A stretch of DNA of 64,000 bases, taken from positions 3,392 through 67,391 of the IMG/VR virus record IMGVR_UViG_3300015371_000026, one strand, 5' to 3'. Below are positions 19,501 through 28,878 of this stretch, in pieces (within the stretch, counting starts at the first letter, position 1; every line of letters begins with the position of its first letter). This DNA is from a virus. A program made the translations under genes and the position numbers. Below the pieces are notes generated by a model. It ran no database searches. It was not told the DNA's origin and was given only the letters and a program-made list of their open reading frames with translations.

Positions 19501-20729
19501 GCGACGACGTGCGCGTTAGCGTGATCATCCCGACGATCGGACGCGAGACGCTACAGCGCGCGCTCGACTCGGTAGCAGACGCAGACGAGATCATCCTCGT
19601 GCACGACACTGACAACAAGGTGCGAGTCGCGACCTACTCAGCTGGAGAGAACTGCGTAGACGTCGTGCTCTCGGCGATGCAGGGTGGCGATCACGGCTAC
19701 CCAGCCCGTATGATCGGGATGCGCTACGCCTCCGGTACGCATCTCGCGTTCCTCGACGACGACGACGTCTACCTCCCCGGTGCGATCGACGCGATGCGCG
19801 AGCGCGCGTGCGACGTACCTGTCATCTTCCGAATGCGGCACCCAGAGCACGGCGTCCTCTGGCGTACTCCTGTCCTCCAGTTCGCCAACGTCGGTACGCC
19901 GATGTTCCTGGTGCCGAATGTCCCCGCTCGACTAGGTGCGTGGGCCGCACACGCACCCGCTCTCCCAGAGCCGGGCGGGGACTACACGTTCATCAGCGGC
20001 TGCGTCGAGCGGATGGGTCAGCCAGAGTGGGACGAGCGCGTCGTCGCAGAAGTCAGGCCGCACGAGCTAGCGACAGTCTCAGTCGTGACACCGTGGCGCG
20101 ACCATCCCGAGCTGAGCGAGGACTACTGGGAGGCGATCCGAGCCGGTCGACCTGACGAAGTCATCATCGTCGACAATGCCAGCGACCCGCCCGTCTCGAT
20201 GCCGACCTGGGTGACATCGTATGAGGATCGCGTTCAGATCCTTCGCTGCGGCGAGAACGAGGGATTTGCGCGCGCGTCGAACCTCGGGCTGCACGCCGCG
20301 AGGAGCGACGCTGTGCTGTTCCTGAACAACGACATCGTCTGCGGGCGCGACGACTGGCTATACAACCTCAAGAGCCAGCTCGAACCAGGCGTGATCGTTA
20401 GCGCGCGCATTCGCTGGGACAAGCACGGCGACGTCGACGGTCGCCCGTACCCGTACGCCGAGGGATGGTGCCTGCTCGCGATGCGCGACGAGCTGCTTGC
20501 GCTCGGCGGCTTCGACGATCGCCTGCAGGAGCCCGCGTACTACTCAGACAACATTCTCAGCTTTCGTGCGCGCATGGCAGGGATGACGCTGCGCGAGGTG
20601 AAGATCGGTCTGCGTCATCTCGTCGGCGCGACAGCGGGCGGGCCAGAGAGTCCCGAGAAGCGCGCCGCGATTGACCACAACTTCGAGATCTACCGGGCCA
20701 CGGTGCGAGAGGTCATGGTGCCTGCGTGA
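19497..20729 (+). CDS. Tandem double GT2 glycosyltransferase
   Basis: SVIIPT..FLDDDD, then SVVTP..VDNAS..FLNND. Confidence 0.85.
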   Translation: MSDDVRVSVIIPTIGRETLQRALDSVADADEIILVHDTDNKVRVATYSAGENCVDVVLSAMQGGDHGYPARMIGMRYASGTHLAFLDDDDVYLPGAIDAMRERACDVPVIFRMRHPEHGVLWRTPVLQFANVGTPMFLVPNVPARLGAWAAHAPALPEPGGDYTFISGCVERMGQPEWDERVVAEVRPHELATVSVVTPWRDHPELSEDYWEAIRAGRPDEVIIVDNASDPPVSMPTWVTSYEDRVQILRCGENEGFARASNLGLHAARSDAVLFLNNDIVCGRDDWLYNLKSQLEPGVIVSARIRWDKHGDVDGRPYPYAEGWCLLAMRDELLALGGFDDRLQEPAYYSDNILSFRARMAGMTLREVKIGLRHLVGATAGGPESPEKRAAIDHNFEIYRATVREVMVPA

Positions 20730-20955
20730 TCCGCGAGGAGCTGTTGGAAGCAGTGGAGAAGGAGCACCGCGCAGAGGTCGGTAAGCTCAAGCTCCAGCTC
20801 GTCGTTTATCGACGCGCGCTCGTCGACGCTGGTGTCGATCCTCCTGACATGGACGGCGACGATCTTCTCCAGCTCTGGCAGTCGTACGCAGACGTCGCGC
20901 GAGCGACGGGAGACTTCGTTGTGAAACTCGGACCAGCAAAGGAGATGCTCGACAG

Positions 20956-21777
20956 GTGGACGTAGAACAGCTCAACCCTCCGACCGAGGCTGTAGTCGAG
21001 ACAACGCCGATCGCACCGCGTGCGACGCCCGAGCAGCGCGATCAGTACCCGCCGGGCATGGTGTTCGTGCCCTGCCACGATCTCGCGCGCTACCACGGAT
21101 TCACGAACGACCTCGTGCTGCTCGACGTACCCGACGGCACAGAGATCAACTTCACGCGCAGCAGCTCGATCGTCCAGAACTTCAACCTCGGCGTCGAGAC
21201 GATGCTACAGAGCCAGGCGCAGTGGATGTGGGTGATCGGCGACGACCACATGTTCGGGCGCGACGTCGTACTACGTCTGCTGAAGCACGACGTCGACATC
21301 GTCGCTCCGCTCTGCGTCAGGCGCGGACCGCCGTTCACGCTCGTCGCGTTCGACGAGGCGGGGAGCAAGGTCGACGCAGACGGAAACCCGCTGTACCACA
21401 TGCTCGATATGGACGACCTCCCCGATCACGGGCTCATGCCCATTCCCGCGACCGGCTCGGCCGGGATGCTGATTAAGCGCAGCGTCTTCGAGGCGCTGGA
21501 GCCGCCGTGGTTCCGCAACGGCGACCTCGTCACCGTCAACGAGGACGTCATCTTCTGCGAGCGCGTGCGCGAGGAGCTAGGCCTAACGGTTTGGCTCGAC
21601 GTCGACACGTACATCGGGCACCTGGGCACGTTCTGCGCGATGCCGATGCACCAGGACGGTCGCTGGGGGCTGATGTTCGACTTCCTCGGCCGCGGAGAGA
21701 ATCGCATCTTCTTGCCCGGCGGAGTTAAGCCAGGCGACCCTAGGCGCGGCGTAACGACCGCGAGTGGTAAGTGGTAG
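20956..21777 (+). CDS. GT-A fold glycosyltransferase-like protein
   Basis: IGDDH, GSAGMLIKRSVFE, NEDVIFC. Confidence 0.75.
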   Translation: MDVEQLNPPTEAVVETTPIAPRATPEQRDQYPPGMVFVPCHDLARYHGFTNDLVLLDVPDGTEINFTRSSSIVQNFNLGVETMLQSQAQWMWVIGDDHMFGRDVVLRLLKHDVDIVAPLCVRRGPPFTLVAFDEAGSKVDADGNPLYHMLDMDDLPDHGLMPIPATGSAGMLIKRSVFEALEPPWFRNGDLVTVNEDVIFCERVREELGLTVWLDVDTYIGHLGTFCAMPMHQDGRWGLMFDFLGRGENRIFLPGGVKPGDPRRGVTTASGKW

Positions 21778-21980
21778 ACCCGACGATCAGCGGCCACCCT
21801 GCGCTGGAGCTGCCGAACGGCAGGGACCAGCCGGTGGTGATCACCGTATGCGCAGAGTGCGGCGCCATGCGCACGGTTCTGTTCCTGTCGAAAGACAGGT
21901 GGTTCTGTTTCAAGTGCCGGGCCGAGGGGGCAGCGCCCCCGAACATGTTCCCGCTCGCCTAACTAGAAGGAGGCTCACCC

Positions 21981-22418
21981 ATGGCTGAGATCTGGCCCGA
22001 CGAGGGTCTTACAGCCGCGCTCAACTACTTCCCGACGAACAACTCGGCGCTTCCGGCCAACACCTGGCTCGCCCTGTTTACCGCGTTCACCGCGAGCACG
22101 GTCGGGAACACCGACAGCACGATCGCGTCGTACACGGAGCCCTCTGGCGGCGCGTACGCACGCCAGACGATCAGCTCAGTTTCGTGGGCTGACGCATCGG
22201 CGACGTCTCCTGTCGGCGACGGCAAGAAGTCGGTCTGCTCCCAGATCACGTTCGCGACCGCGACGGCGAGCTGGGGCACGATCAACGGCTTCACGCTTGC
22301 AGGCGCACTCACCACGGGGTTCGCGTACTTCGCAGCGAACTTCGACGACACGACCGCGGTGCCGATCACGAGCAACGACGTGATCAAGATCACACCGGCG
22401 ATCCAGTACAACCACTAG
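21981..22418 (+). CDS. Virion structural protein (fibre/decoration-associated)
   Basis: YARQTI..W, ITFATATASWGTI pattern common in phage structural regions; AGGAGG RBS. Confidence 0.6.
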   Translation: MAEIWPDEGLTAALNYFPTNNSALPANTWLALFTAFTASTVGNTDSTIASYTEPSGGAYARQTISSVSWADASATSPVGDGKKSVCSQITFATATASWGTINGFTLAGALTTGFAYFAANFDDTTAVPITSNDVIKITPAIQYNH

Positions 22419-22427
22419 GTCTCGACC

Positions 22428-22832
22428 GTGTCCGACGACTACACTCGTCAGGGCGAGACCTTTCGAGCCGTCGACCGCGGCAGCAAGCTTTTCCCGACTG
22501 TTGCTGTGGTCGACGGCGCGGAGTTGGTGCCGACGCTTACCGGCGCTACCGTCGTCTACACGGTCGACGACAGCCCAGCGGTCGCGCTCGACCCGCCAGA
22601 CGCCGGAGCGCACGTCTGCTGGGTTCGCGTCTGGCATGCCACGCAGGACTCCACGAAGCGGCTCTACTACCGGCGCGACGGGACTGCGCCGACAGCGGAC
22701 GGTGCGAACGCCGAGGGGTTCCTGCTCCACGCCGAGGGTCGCATGGTCAGGCTCGCGACCCTGACGAACTTCAAGATGATCAGCGAGACGGGTGCCGCCC
22801 ATACCGTCTTCGCGGAGTTCTCTAACACGTGA
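22428..22832 (+). CDS. Hypothetical protein
   Basis: ORF in the structural operon; DGTAPT motif. Confidence 0.5.
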   Translation: MSDDYTRQGETFRAVDRGSKLFPTVAVVDGAELVPTLTGATVVYTVDDSPAVALDPPDAGAHVCWVRVWHATQDSTKRLYYRRDGTAPTADGANAEGFLLHAEGRMVRLATLTNFKMISETGAAHTVFAEFSNT

Positions 22833-22841
22833 GGGGGAACG

Positions 22842-23537
22842 ATGGTCCGTAGCCGCTACGCGATAGGACTCGCGCTGATGCTCCTACTCGGAGCCGGGGT
22901 CGCTGCAGCGGTCGTTACCGGCAGCTCTGCAGACTCTGTCTCAGCCTGCGCTACAGCGACAGCGCACGGTACGACGGTGAGTGGCCATACGCTCGCTGTC
23001 GACGGTGCGCCGGTCACGACGATCGCTGGCGTGATCATTCCTGACGCTGTCGCGACGAGCTGCGCAACGACAGATAACTCGACGACGACAGTGACCGTTA
23101 CAGCGACCACTACTCTGCCGACGACGACCACCACGCCGACGACGACCACGACTCCTACTACCTCGACCGTCGCCGACACGCAGCCGCCGGCTGTGCCGCA
23201 GGGCCAGACCGCCGTGCCGACTCAGACGACGATCCTGATGGCATGGCGCGCGTCGACAGACAACGTCGGCGTAGCGGGCTACGAGATCTATCTGAACGAC
23301 GTCGTGATCGCCACGACGCAGGCGCTTCAGTACACGTATACGGGCCTGCTCTGCGGAGTGTCGTACAAGCTCGGGCTTACGGCGTACGACGCTGCAGGGA
23401 ACCGCTCGGACGTGCGTTACGCGCAGGGCCCGATCACGACGCTGGCGTGCTCGCCGACGACGACAGCGCCTACATCGACAGCGACTACGACGACGCAGAC
23501 GGGCACAGCAGTCGCGAACGTCTGGGTGTCGCCATGA
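22842..23537 (+). CDS. Signal peptide/TM + Thr-rich stalk + fibronectin III domain protein
   Basis: Hydrophobic N-terminus, TTTTPTTTT, DTQPP..W.ASTDNVGVAGY..AYDAAGN. Confidence 0.75.
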   Translation: MVRSRYAIGLALMLLLGAGVAAAVVTGSSADSVSACATATAHGTTVSGHTLAVDGAPVTTIAGVIIPDAVATSCATTDNSTTTVTVTATTTLPTTTTTPTTTTTPTTSTVADTQPPAVPQGQTAVPTQTTILMAWRASTDNVGVAGYEIYLNDVVIATTQALQYTYTGLLCGVSYKLGLTAYDAAGNRSDVRYAQGPITTLACSPTTTAPTSTATTTTQTGTAVANVWVSP

Positions 23538-24925
23538 GCGTTATCGCGTACCCGTATCCGGGCAGGCTCCGCGGCTGGCTGGCGCGGCTCGCGCGAGCGG
23601 GCGCAGTCGTCGGCGTAGGCTCAGCGATCGCCGCCGGAGCGTACGTCGGTAGCGCCTACCTGACCAACAGCTTCCCGTTCGGGCCGCCTCCCGTAGCAGG
23701 AGCAGCGAACGTCTGGGTGAACACGAGCGCCGGGAGCTGTACTCGCTCGTCGACGCAGGTGGCGTACTCGTCTACGACAGCGTGCGGCTCGTACGACGCG
23801 GCCTGGGACGTTGCGCTAGCGGGCGACCTCATCCGCGTCAAGAACGGCAGCTACGGAGCGCAGAACGTTACCGGCAACAAGACCTCGGAGACGAAGATCG
23901 TCGGCGAGTCGAAGTCTGGAGTAACGATCAGCGGCGCTACTGCCGCCTGCTTCCCGCCCAGTAACCCAAGCAACGACTCGATGATGTGCGCGATGGCGAA
24001 CCACATGACGATCGAGAACATGACGATCAACGCTGGCACCAACACGAACGGCGGCGGCGCGGCGCTCGGCTCTCAGATTTGCGCCGAGAACGTCACCTAC
24101 AACAACGTCGACATTCTCGGCTACTTCCCCGACATCTCGATCGGGCTCGACTACCCCGGCTACTGCCCAGGTAGGGGCGCGTTCTTCCACTGGAACGGCG
24201 GCGTAGACGGCAGCCCGGGGATGCCAGCTCGGCTGTGCAGCGCCTCGTCGGGCTGGGATGCTGGCGAGCCGATCTGGAGCCACGGGATCACCAACATGAC
24301 TATCGAGGGGGTCACGTTCAATACGCAGACCGTTTCGTACGCGGGCGTCTGCGCCGACCCGAACAACTCGCACCTAGAGTTCATCCGCATCGACCAAGGC
24401 TCAGACGACTTCACTCTGCGCAACAGCGTCTTCAAGCCCGGGTCTGACGCAGGCTCGGGGTACATCTTCGGCAACGGCGTCGGCGGCACGAACCGCGGCG
24501 TCATCGTCGGCAACTACTTCGCCGATAACAACGGCGGCACCTGGATTCAGGCCGGGGGAGCGGAGTGCGACTGGACGATCGCGTACAACACGTTCTCCGG
24601 CGACGACGGGCCGAGTATGAACTGCACCGCGTTTCCGTGGGTCGGCAACGTCGGGCCAGCCAGCTCCTACCCAGGCTGCGCGGGCACGCACACGAAGAAC
24701 GTCTGGGGCGGCACAGGCTCATGCGGTACGGACACGTTCACGACCGGCAGCCTCGGAGTCGATGCGACGGGGCACCTGACGGCGGGCTCGATCGCCATCG
24801 ACGCGGGTGAGACGCCTGGCGCCTCGGACCTCTGTACAGATCCCGCCTACCTGAACTCCAGAGACATCGACGGCGACGTGCGTCCGAACGGCTCGGTGTG
24901 CGACGCCGGAGCGGACGAGCGCTAA
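23534..24925 (+). CDS. Pectin-lyase-like beta-helix protein
   Basis: GDLIRVKNGSY, Asn-rich coils, GSIAIDAG..DIDG..R..CDAGADE C-terminus; N-terminal hydrophobic segment. Confidence 0.65.
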   Translation: MSVIAYPYPGRLRGWLARLARAGAVVGVGSAIAAGAYVGSAYLTNSFPFGPPPVAGAANVWVNTSAGSCTRSSTQVAYSSTTACGSYDAAWDVALAGDLIRVKNGSYGAQNVTGNKTSETKIVGESKSGVTISGATAACFPPSNPSNDSMMCAMANHMTIENMTINAGTNTNGGGAALGSQICAENVTYNNVDILGYFPDISIGLDYPGYCPGRGAFFHWNGGVDGSPGMPARLCSASSGWDAGEPIWSHGITNMTIEGVTFNTQTVSYAGVCADPNNSHLEFIRIDQGSDDFTLRNSVFKPGSDAGSGYIFGNGVGGTNRGVIVGNYFADNNGGTWIQAGGAECDWTIAYNTFSGDDGPSMNCTAFPWVGNVGPASSYPGCAGTHTKNVWGGTGSCGTDTFTTGSLGVDATGHLTAGSIAIDAGETPGASDLCTDPAYLNSRDIDGDVRPNGSVCDAGADER

Positions 24926-25653
24926 TGGCGTACCGGCTAACAGGCACAGACCCGTTCGTCCGCTTCTCGATCGGTGCGTTCAACGGGTACTCGATGGAGA
25001 GCGACGTCATGTCAGCCGCCGCGCTGCTGAAGCGCCGGTCGGCGACGGCGTGGCACGGCATCCACGTCGTCGATGACGGGACTACCTCCCCGTACACGTA
25101 CATCGACGAGTTCAACCCGTCGGATCAGTTAGTGGGCGGCCCGGACGGCGTCACGACCTCGGTGCAGACCTTCAACGACACCACGAACTGGATGATTGTC
25201 GGGTTCACGAAGGCTGCTGGTACGGGCGCGGGCATCGCCTGGACGTGGAGGTGGAAGATCGGCGCCGGGGCCTGGTCGTCCGAGGCTGACACCTACTCTG
25301 GCAGAACGTCGAGCGCCGGGTCAGGGTACAGACACATCATCGGCAACGAGCCCGCGCTCGGCGACGATGCTGACTTCGACATCGTCTGCGCTGGCCTGAT
25401 CAAATCGCAGCTGTCGCAGGCGAGTTTTGAGAGCCTCGACATGTCGTCGTTCAGCACCTGGACATCTGTGTTTACGGGCGCGGGCGCGTGGCTGATCGGC
25501 TTCCAGGCGATCGGCAGCCTGAGCGATAACACCGGCAACGGCGGCAACGAACTCTCTCGCTCAGCGGGGATCACGGTCGTCTCAGATCCGCCGGGCTGGT
25601 CGTGGGGAGCAGACCCTCTAGCAAAATCTGGACTAGGGATCATCGGGCCGTAG
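24925..25653 (+). CDS. Beta-sandwich (LamG-like) virion protein
   Basis: Beta-rich; TAATG coupling; ends in one fibre-type repeat (AKSGLGIIGP). Confidence 0.5.
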   Translation: MAYRLTGTDPFVRFSIGAFNGYSMESDVMSAAALLKRRSATAWHGIHVVDDGTTSPYTYIDEFNPSDQLVGGPDGVTTSVQTFNDTTNWMIVGFTKAAGTGAGIAWTWRWKIGAGAWSSEADTYSGRTSSAGSGYRHIIGNEPALGDDADFDIVCAGLIKSQLSQASFESLDMSSFSTWTSVFTGAGAWLIGFQAIGSLSDNTGNGGNELSRSAGITVVSDPPGWSWGADPLAKSGLGIIGP

Positions 25654-26289
25654 ATGCCCAACGCTGTCGCCCACGACGTCTCGACTGCGTCGCACACCGC
25701 CGGTAACTCCAGCATCAGCCAGGCGTCGTTTACCTGGAACCACACCGGTGGCGGGAGCGCGCGTGCAGTTCTGATCTTCGTGATCGAGGCGCCGTCTGCG
25801 ACGAGCGTGGTCACGAGCGTCACCTACGGCGGTACTGCCGTGCCCGCGATTAGCGGTGCCTCTGCCGCCGATACGGCCACAGAGCCGGGACGTGTTACCG
25901 CGTACCTGCTCGACAACCTCGGCGGGCTCGGCAAGACGGGGACGCAGGCTGTCGTCGTCAACCGCTCCAACACGACGCAGCGCGTCTGGGCCGTGGCGAT
26001 CACAGTCACGTGCCCAGACCCGGTGATCCCCGTCGCGATAACTCTGCGCCAGGAGAACGCGCAGGCTGACGCGAACGCGCGCGCAGTAGACGACGGGACG
26101 CGCGGCGCGAACTCCCTACGGGCGATGGCCTGCTACTCGGGCGCAAGCGCTGCTCCGGGTGCTGATACAGGCTCGACGTCGATCCTCGCGAACGCGTTCG
26201 GGGCGGCGTACTCCGGCACAGCTGTGCGCGAGACGACGCCCGGGCAGGGGTCGCGTAACGTCGGAGTCACCGGCGCGAGCGACGACTAG
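25654..26289 (+). CDS. Beta-rich virion protein (may read through into 26290-28179)
   Basis: SFTWNHT, SVTYGG motifs; the frame stays open after the TAG. Confidence 0.6.
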   Translation: MPNAVAHDVSTASHTAGNSSISQASFTWNHTGGGSARAVLIFVIEAPSATSVVTSVTYGGTAVPAISGASAADTATEPGRVTAYLLDNLGGLGKTGTQAVVVNRSNTTQRVWAVAITVTCPDPVIPVAITLRQENAQADANARAVDDGTRGANSLRAMACYSGASAAPGADTGSTSILANAFGAAYSGTAVRETTPGQGSRNVGVTGASDD

Positions 26290-26373
26290 GCTGCCGTCTA
26301 CCTCGCGCTCGTCTCCGCGTATCGGGATGAGGCGGGCCTCGGCATCAAGCGGCACCTCGGTAGCGGCGTCGAT

Positions 26374-28179
26374 GTGCCTCCGCCGAAGGTCGCGCAGAAG
26401 GCCGGTAGCGGCGTCATGGCGTTCTCCGCTGGAGGGAGCGGCGGCGTCCCGAAGGTCGCGGTCAAGACCGGCTTCGGTCGCATGGGCGCGCCGATCACCG
26501 GCGGCCCTGTTACGAAAACCGGCGCTGGCGTACAGGAGCACGCAGGCTCGGGCGCTGACGCGGCGCTCTGGGTCGACTCCGGCGCTGGCGTACAGGTACG
26601 CGCAGGTAGCGCAGCGGACGCAGCCACCTTCGTGGAGAGCGGCTCAGCGACGAGCCCGCGCTCGGGCGTCGCTGCCGACGAGATCCTGTGGGTCGACAGC
26701 GGCGCTGGCGTATCTCCTCGCGTCGCTTCTGGTGCGAGCCAGAGGATCCTCGGCGGGAAGAGCGGCGCTGGTGTCAGCGAGCGCGTAGCAGCGGGCGTCG
26801 ACGCAGAGCTGTTCGTTGAAGCGGGCGCGGGCTCCTCTGATCGCGTAGCGAGCGGCGTCGATGCGGCGACATTTGTCGAGAGCGGGAGCGGTGTCTCTGC
26901 GCGATCGGGTGGCGGCGTCGCTTCTCGCGCAGGGGCGATCAGCAAGTCGGGCGCTGGCGTCACAGCGCTGTCGGGCTCCGCGGCCGACGCAGCGACGTTC
27001 GTCGAGAGCGGCGCTGGCGTTTTGGTCAGGATCAGTTCTGGCGCAGACGAGTCAGACTTCATCGAGAGCGGCTCCGCTATCAGTCCGCGTAGCGCTTCTG
27101 GGGCGCGCGTCAGCGGCGGTGGCGCGGTCTACACCAAGACCGGCTTCGGCCGGATGGGTGCTCGACTCCCGATCTCGACGACCGGCGCTGGCGTCCTCGT
27201 ACGCGCGGCATCGGGTACGTCGCAGAAGATCAGCGGCGGTCTCTCCGGATCTGGAACCGGTGTCTCAGTACGCACCGGCTCGTCTGCTCGCGCAGTCATC
27301 TTCTCCCGTTCTAGCTGGCCGGGGAGCGATACACCTGAGCCCCCGTTCCTCGAAGGCGACCACCCGCCGAACATCGTCTTCGCCGCGTCCGGCGTGTCGC
27401 AGAAGGTCGGTGCCGCGAACCAGAAGGCTGGAGCGGGCGTCAGCGATCGGATCGGCTCGGGCGCAGACGCGGTCGTCTATGCCAAGAGCGGCGCGGGCGT
27501 TAGCGCACGTGTAGCTAGTGGTCAAGATGCAGCCGCCTGGGCAAAGACAGGCTCGGGTGTTCTGTCAGAGACAGGCGGCGCTACAGCCACCAAGGCCGGG
27601 CAGAACGCGAAGGCGGGAACAGGAACTAGCCCGCGAGTTGCCGCTGGCGTAGACGCAGAGACGTTCGTCGAGTCGGGGCAGGGGCAGCTACTCAGAATCG
27701 GATCGGCCGCAGACGCGGTTACGTTCAGCGAGAGCGGGTCAGGTGTTAGCCCGCGCGTCGCGAGCGGAACGTCGACGAAGGGCGCGACGATCGTCAAGAG
27801 CGGCTCAGCGACGGCAATCTTCACTGGCGGCGCGACGCGACTACGCGAGCGCTACCGGGCAAACACAGCGCTCAGCACATTCACCGGAGGCGCATCGGAC
27901 GCGGCGACGTTCTTCCGGACCGGGCGCGGCGAGATCGACCGCAAGGCGAGCGGTGCTGACGCGACGCTCTATCAGAAGCGCGGCACCGCGCTCGCGACAT
28001 TCGCTGGCGCGGGCGTCTCTCAGCCGGTCACGTTCCTCGCTGGGAGACCTCCACACACGCCCCGTACTCGCATGATCATCCGCGCGAACGGGTCGACGCG
28101 CGTCCGTAGCACCGGGCGCACATTCGTCACTCTCGGTAGCAGCGGCGGCAGCTCCCCGTACGACGAGGGGAGCGGCTAG
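26374..28179 (+). CDS. Fibre-like protein with about 20-aa Gly/Ala/Ser repeats
   Basis: Many copies of FVESGAGVSxRVASGADAAT; true start uncertain. Confidence 0.7.
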   Translation: MPPPKVAQKAGSGVMAFSAGGSGGVPKVAVKTGFGRMGAPITGGPVTKTGAGVQEHAGSGADAALWVDSGAGVQVRAGSAADAATFVESGSATSPRSGVAADEILWVDSGAGVSPRVASGASQRILGGKSGAGVSERVAAGVDAELFVEAGAGSSDRVASGVDAATFVESGSGVSARSGGGVASRAGAISKSGAGVTALSGSAADAATFVESGAGVLVRISSGADESDFIESGSAISPRSASGARVSGGGAVYTKTGFGRMGARLPISTTGAGVLVRAASGTSQKISGGLSGSGTGVSVRTGSSARAVIFSRSSWPGSDTPEPPFLEGDHPPNIVFAASGVSQKVGAANQKAGAGVSDRIGSGADAVVYAKSGAGVSARVASGQDAAAWAKTGSGVLSETGGATATKAGQNAKAGTGTSPRVAAGVDAETFVESGQGQLLRIGSAADAVTFSESGSGVSPRVASGTSTKGATIVKSGSATAIFTGGATRLRERYRANTALSTFTGGASDAATFFRTGRGEIDRKASGADATLYQKRGTALATFAGAGVSQPVTFLAGRPPHTPRTRMIIRANGSTRVRSTGRTFVTLGSSGGSSPYDEGSG

Positions 28180-28857
28180 ATGCCTGGGCAGGTGATCCGC
28201 AGTTTCACCGTGATCGTCGGCGGCGTCGATATCTCCGATCACGTGAACGCGCTCGCTGTCGAGGCAAGCAGAGACACGTTCGACATGACGCCGCAGGGAT
28301 CGCCCGGAAGATTCCAAGACGTCGGCGTGCCAGACGGAGTGATCGCCGTAGCGTTCTTGCAAGACTGGTATCTCGACTCGCTGCTCTACCCGGTGCTGTC
28401 GAGCCCGACCGCTCCGACAGTGAGCGCGTCGCTACCAGGCAGCTCGACCTGGACGATCGAGGGAGCGACCGTCGTCGGCTACAGACCGCTCGACGGGGAT
28501 ATCGGCGCGGCGGGTCGGACGCAGGTCAACTTTCTCGGCGCGCTCACGCTCGGCGGCGGCGAGCACGCAGAAACCGGCGCTGGCGTCTCTCCGCATATCG
28601 CCTCCGGATCGCGCGTCGGCGGGTCGATCGCGTTCATCAAGACCGGCGCTGGCGTTGTAGTGCGAGCAGCGGGCGGCGTGCGCGCAGCGGTCTATGTCGA
28701 GAACGGCGCGGGCGTGCTCGTCCGCTCGGCGTCTGGCGCTCGCGCTGGTACCGCGATTCTCAAAGCAGGGACTGGACTACAGGTGCGCGCAGCGTCAGGA
28801 GCAGACGCGGGGATCTTCGCTGAGACGGGGATCGGCGCGATGGGAGCTACGCATTGA
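28180..28857 (+). CDS. Tail-tube paralogue fused to fibre repeats
   Basis: N-terminus aligns by eye to 30262-30681; C-terminus carries ETGAGV repeats. Confidence 0.6.
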   Translation: MPGQVIRSFTVIVGGVDISDHVNALAVEASRDTFDMTPQGSPGRFQDVGVPDGVIAVAFLQDWYLDSLLYPVLSSPTAPTVSASLPGSSTWTIEGATVVGYRPLDGDIGAAGRTQVNFLGALTLGGGEHAETGAGVSPHIASGSRVGGSIAFIKTGAGVVVRAAGGVRAAVYVENGAGVLVRSASGARAGTAILKAGTGLQVRAASGADAGIFAETGIGAMGATH

Positions 28858-28878
28858 GAGAGGAGGCAACGTCACACC

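Noticed and set aside
26374-28857. Diversity-generating retroelement or invertible repeats
   Set aside because: Repeats are degenerate protein repeats; no reverse transcriptase, invertase or adenine-specific pair seen
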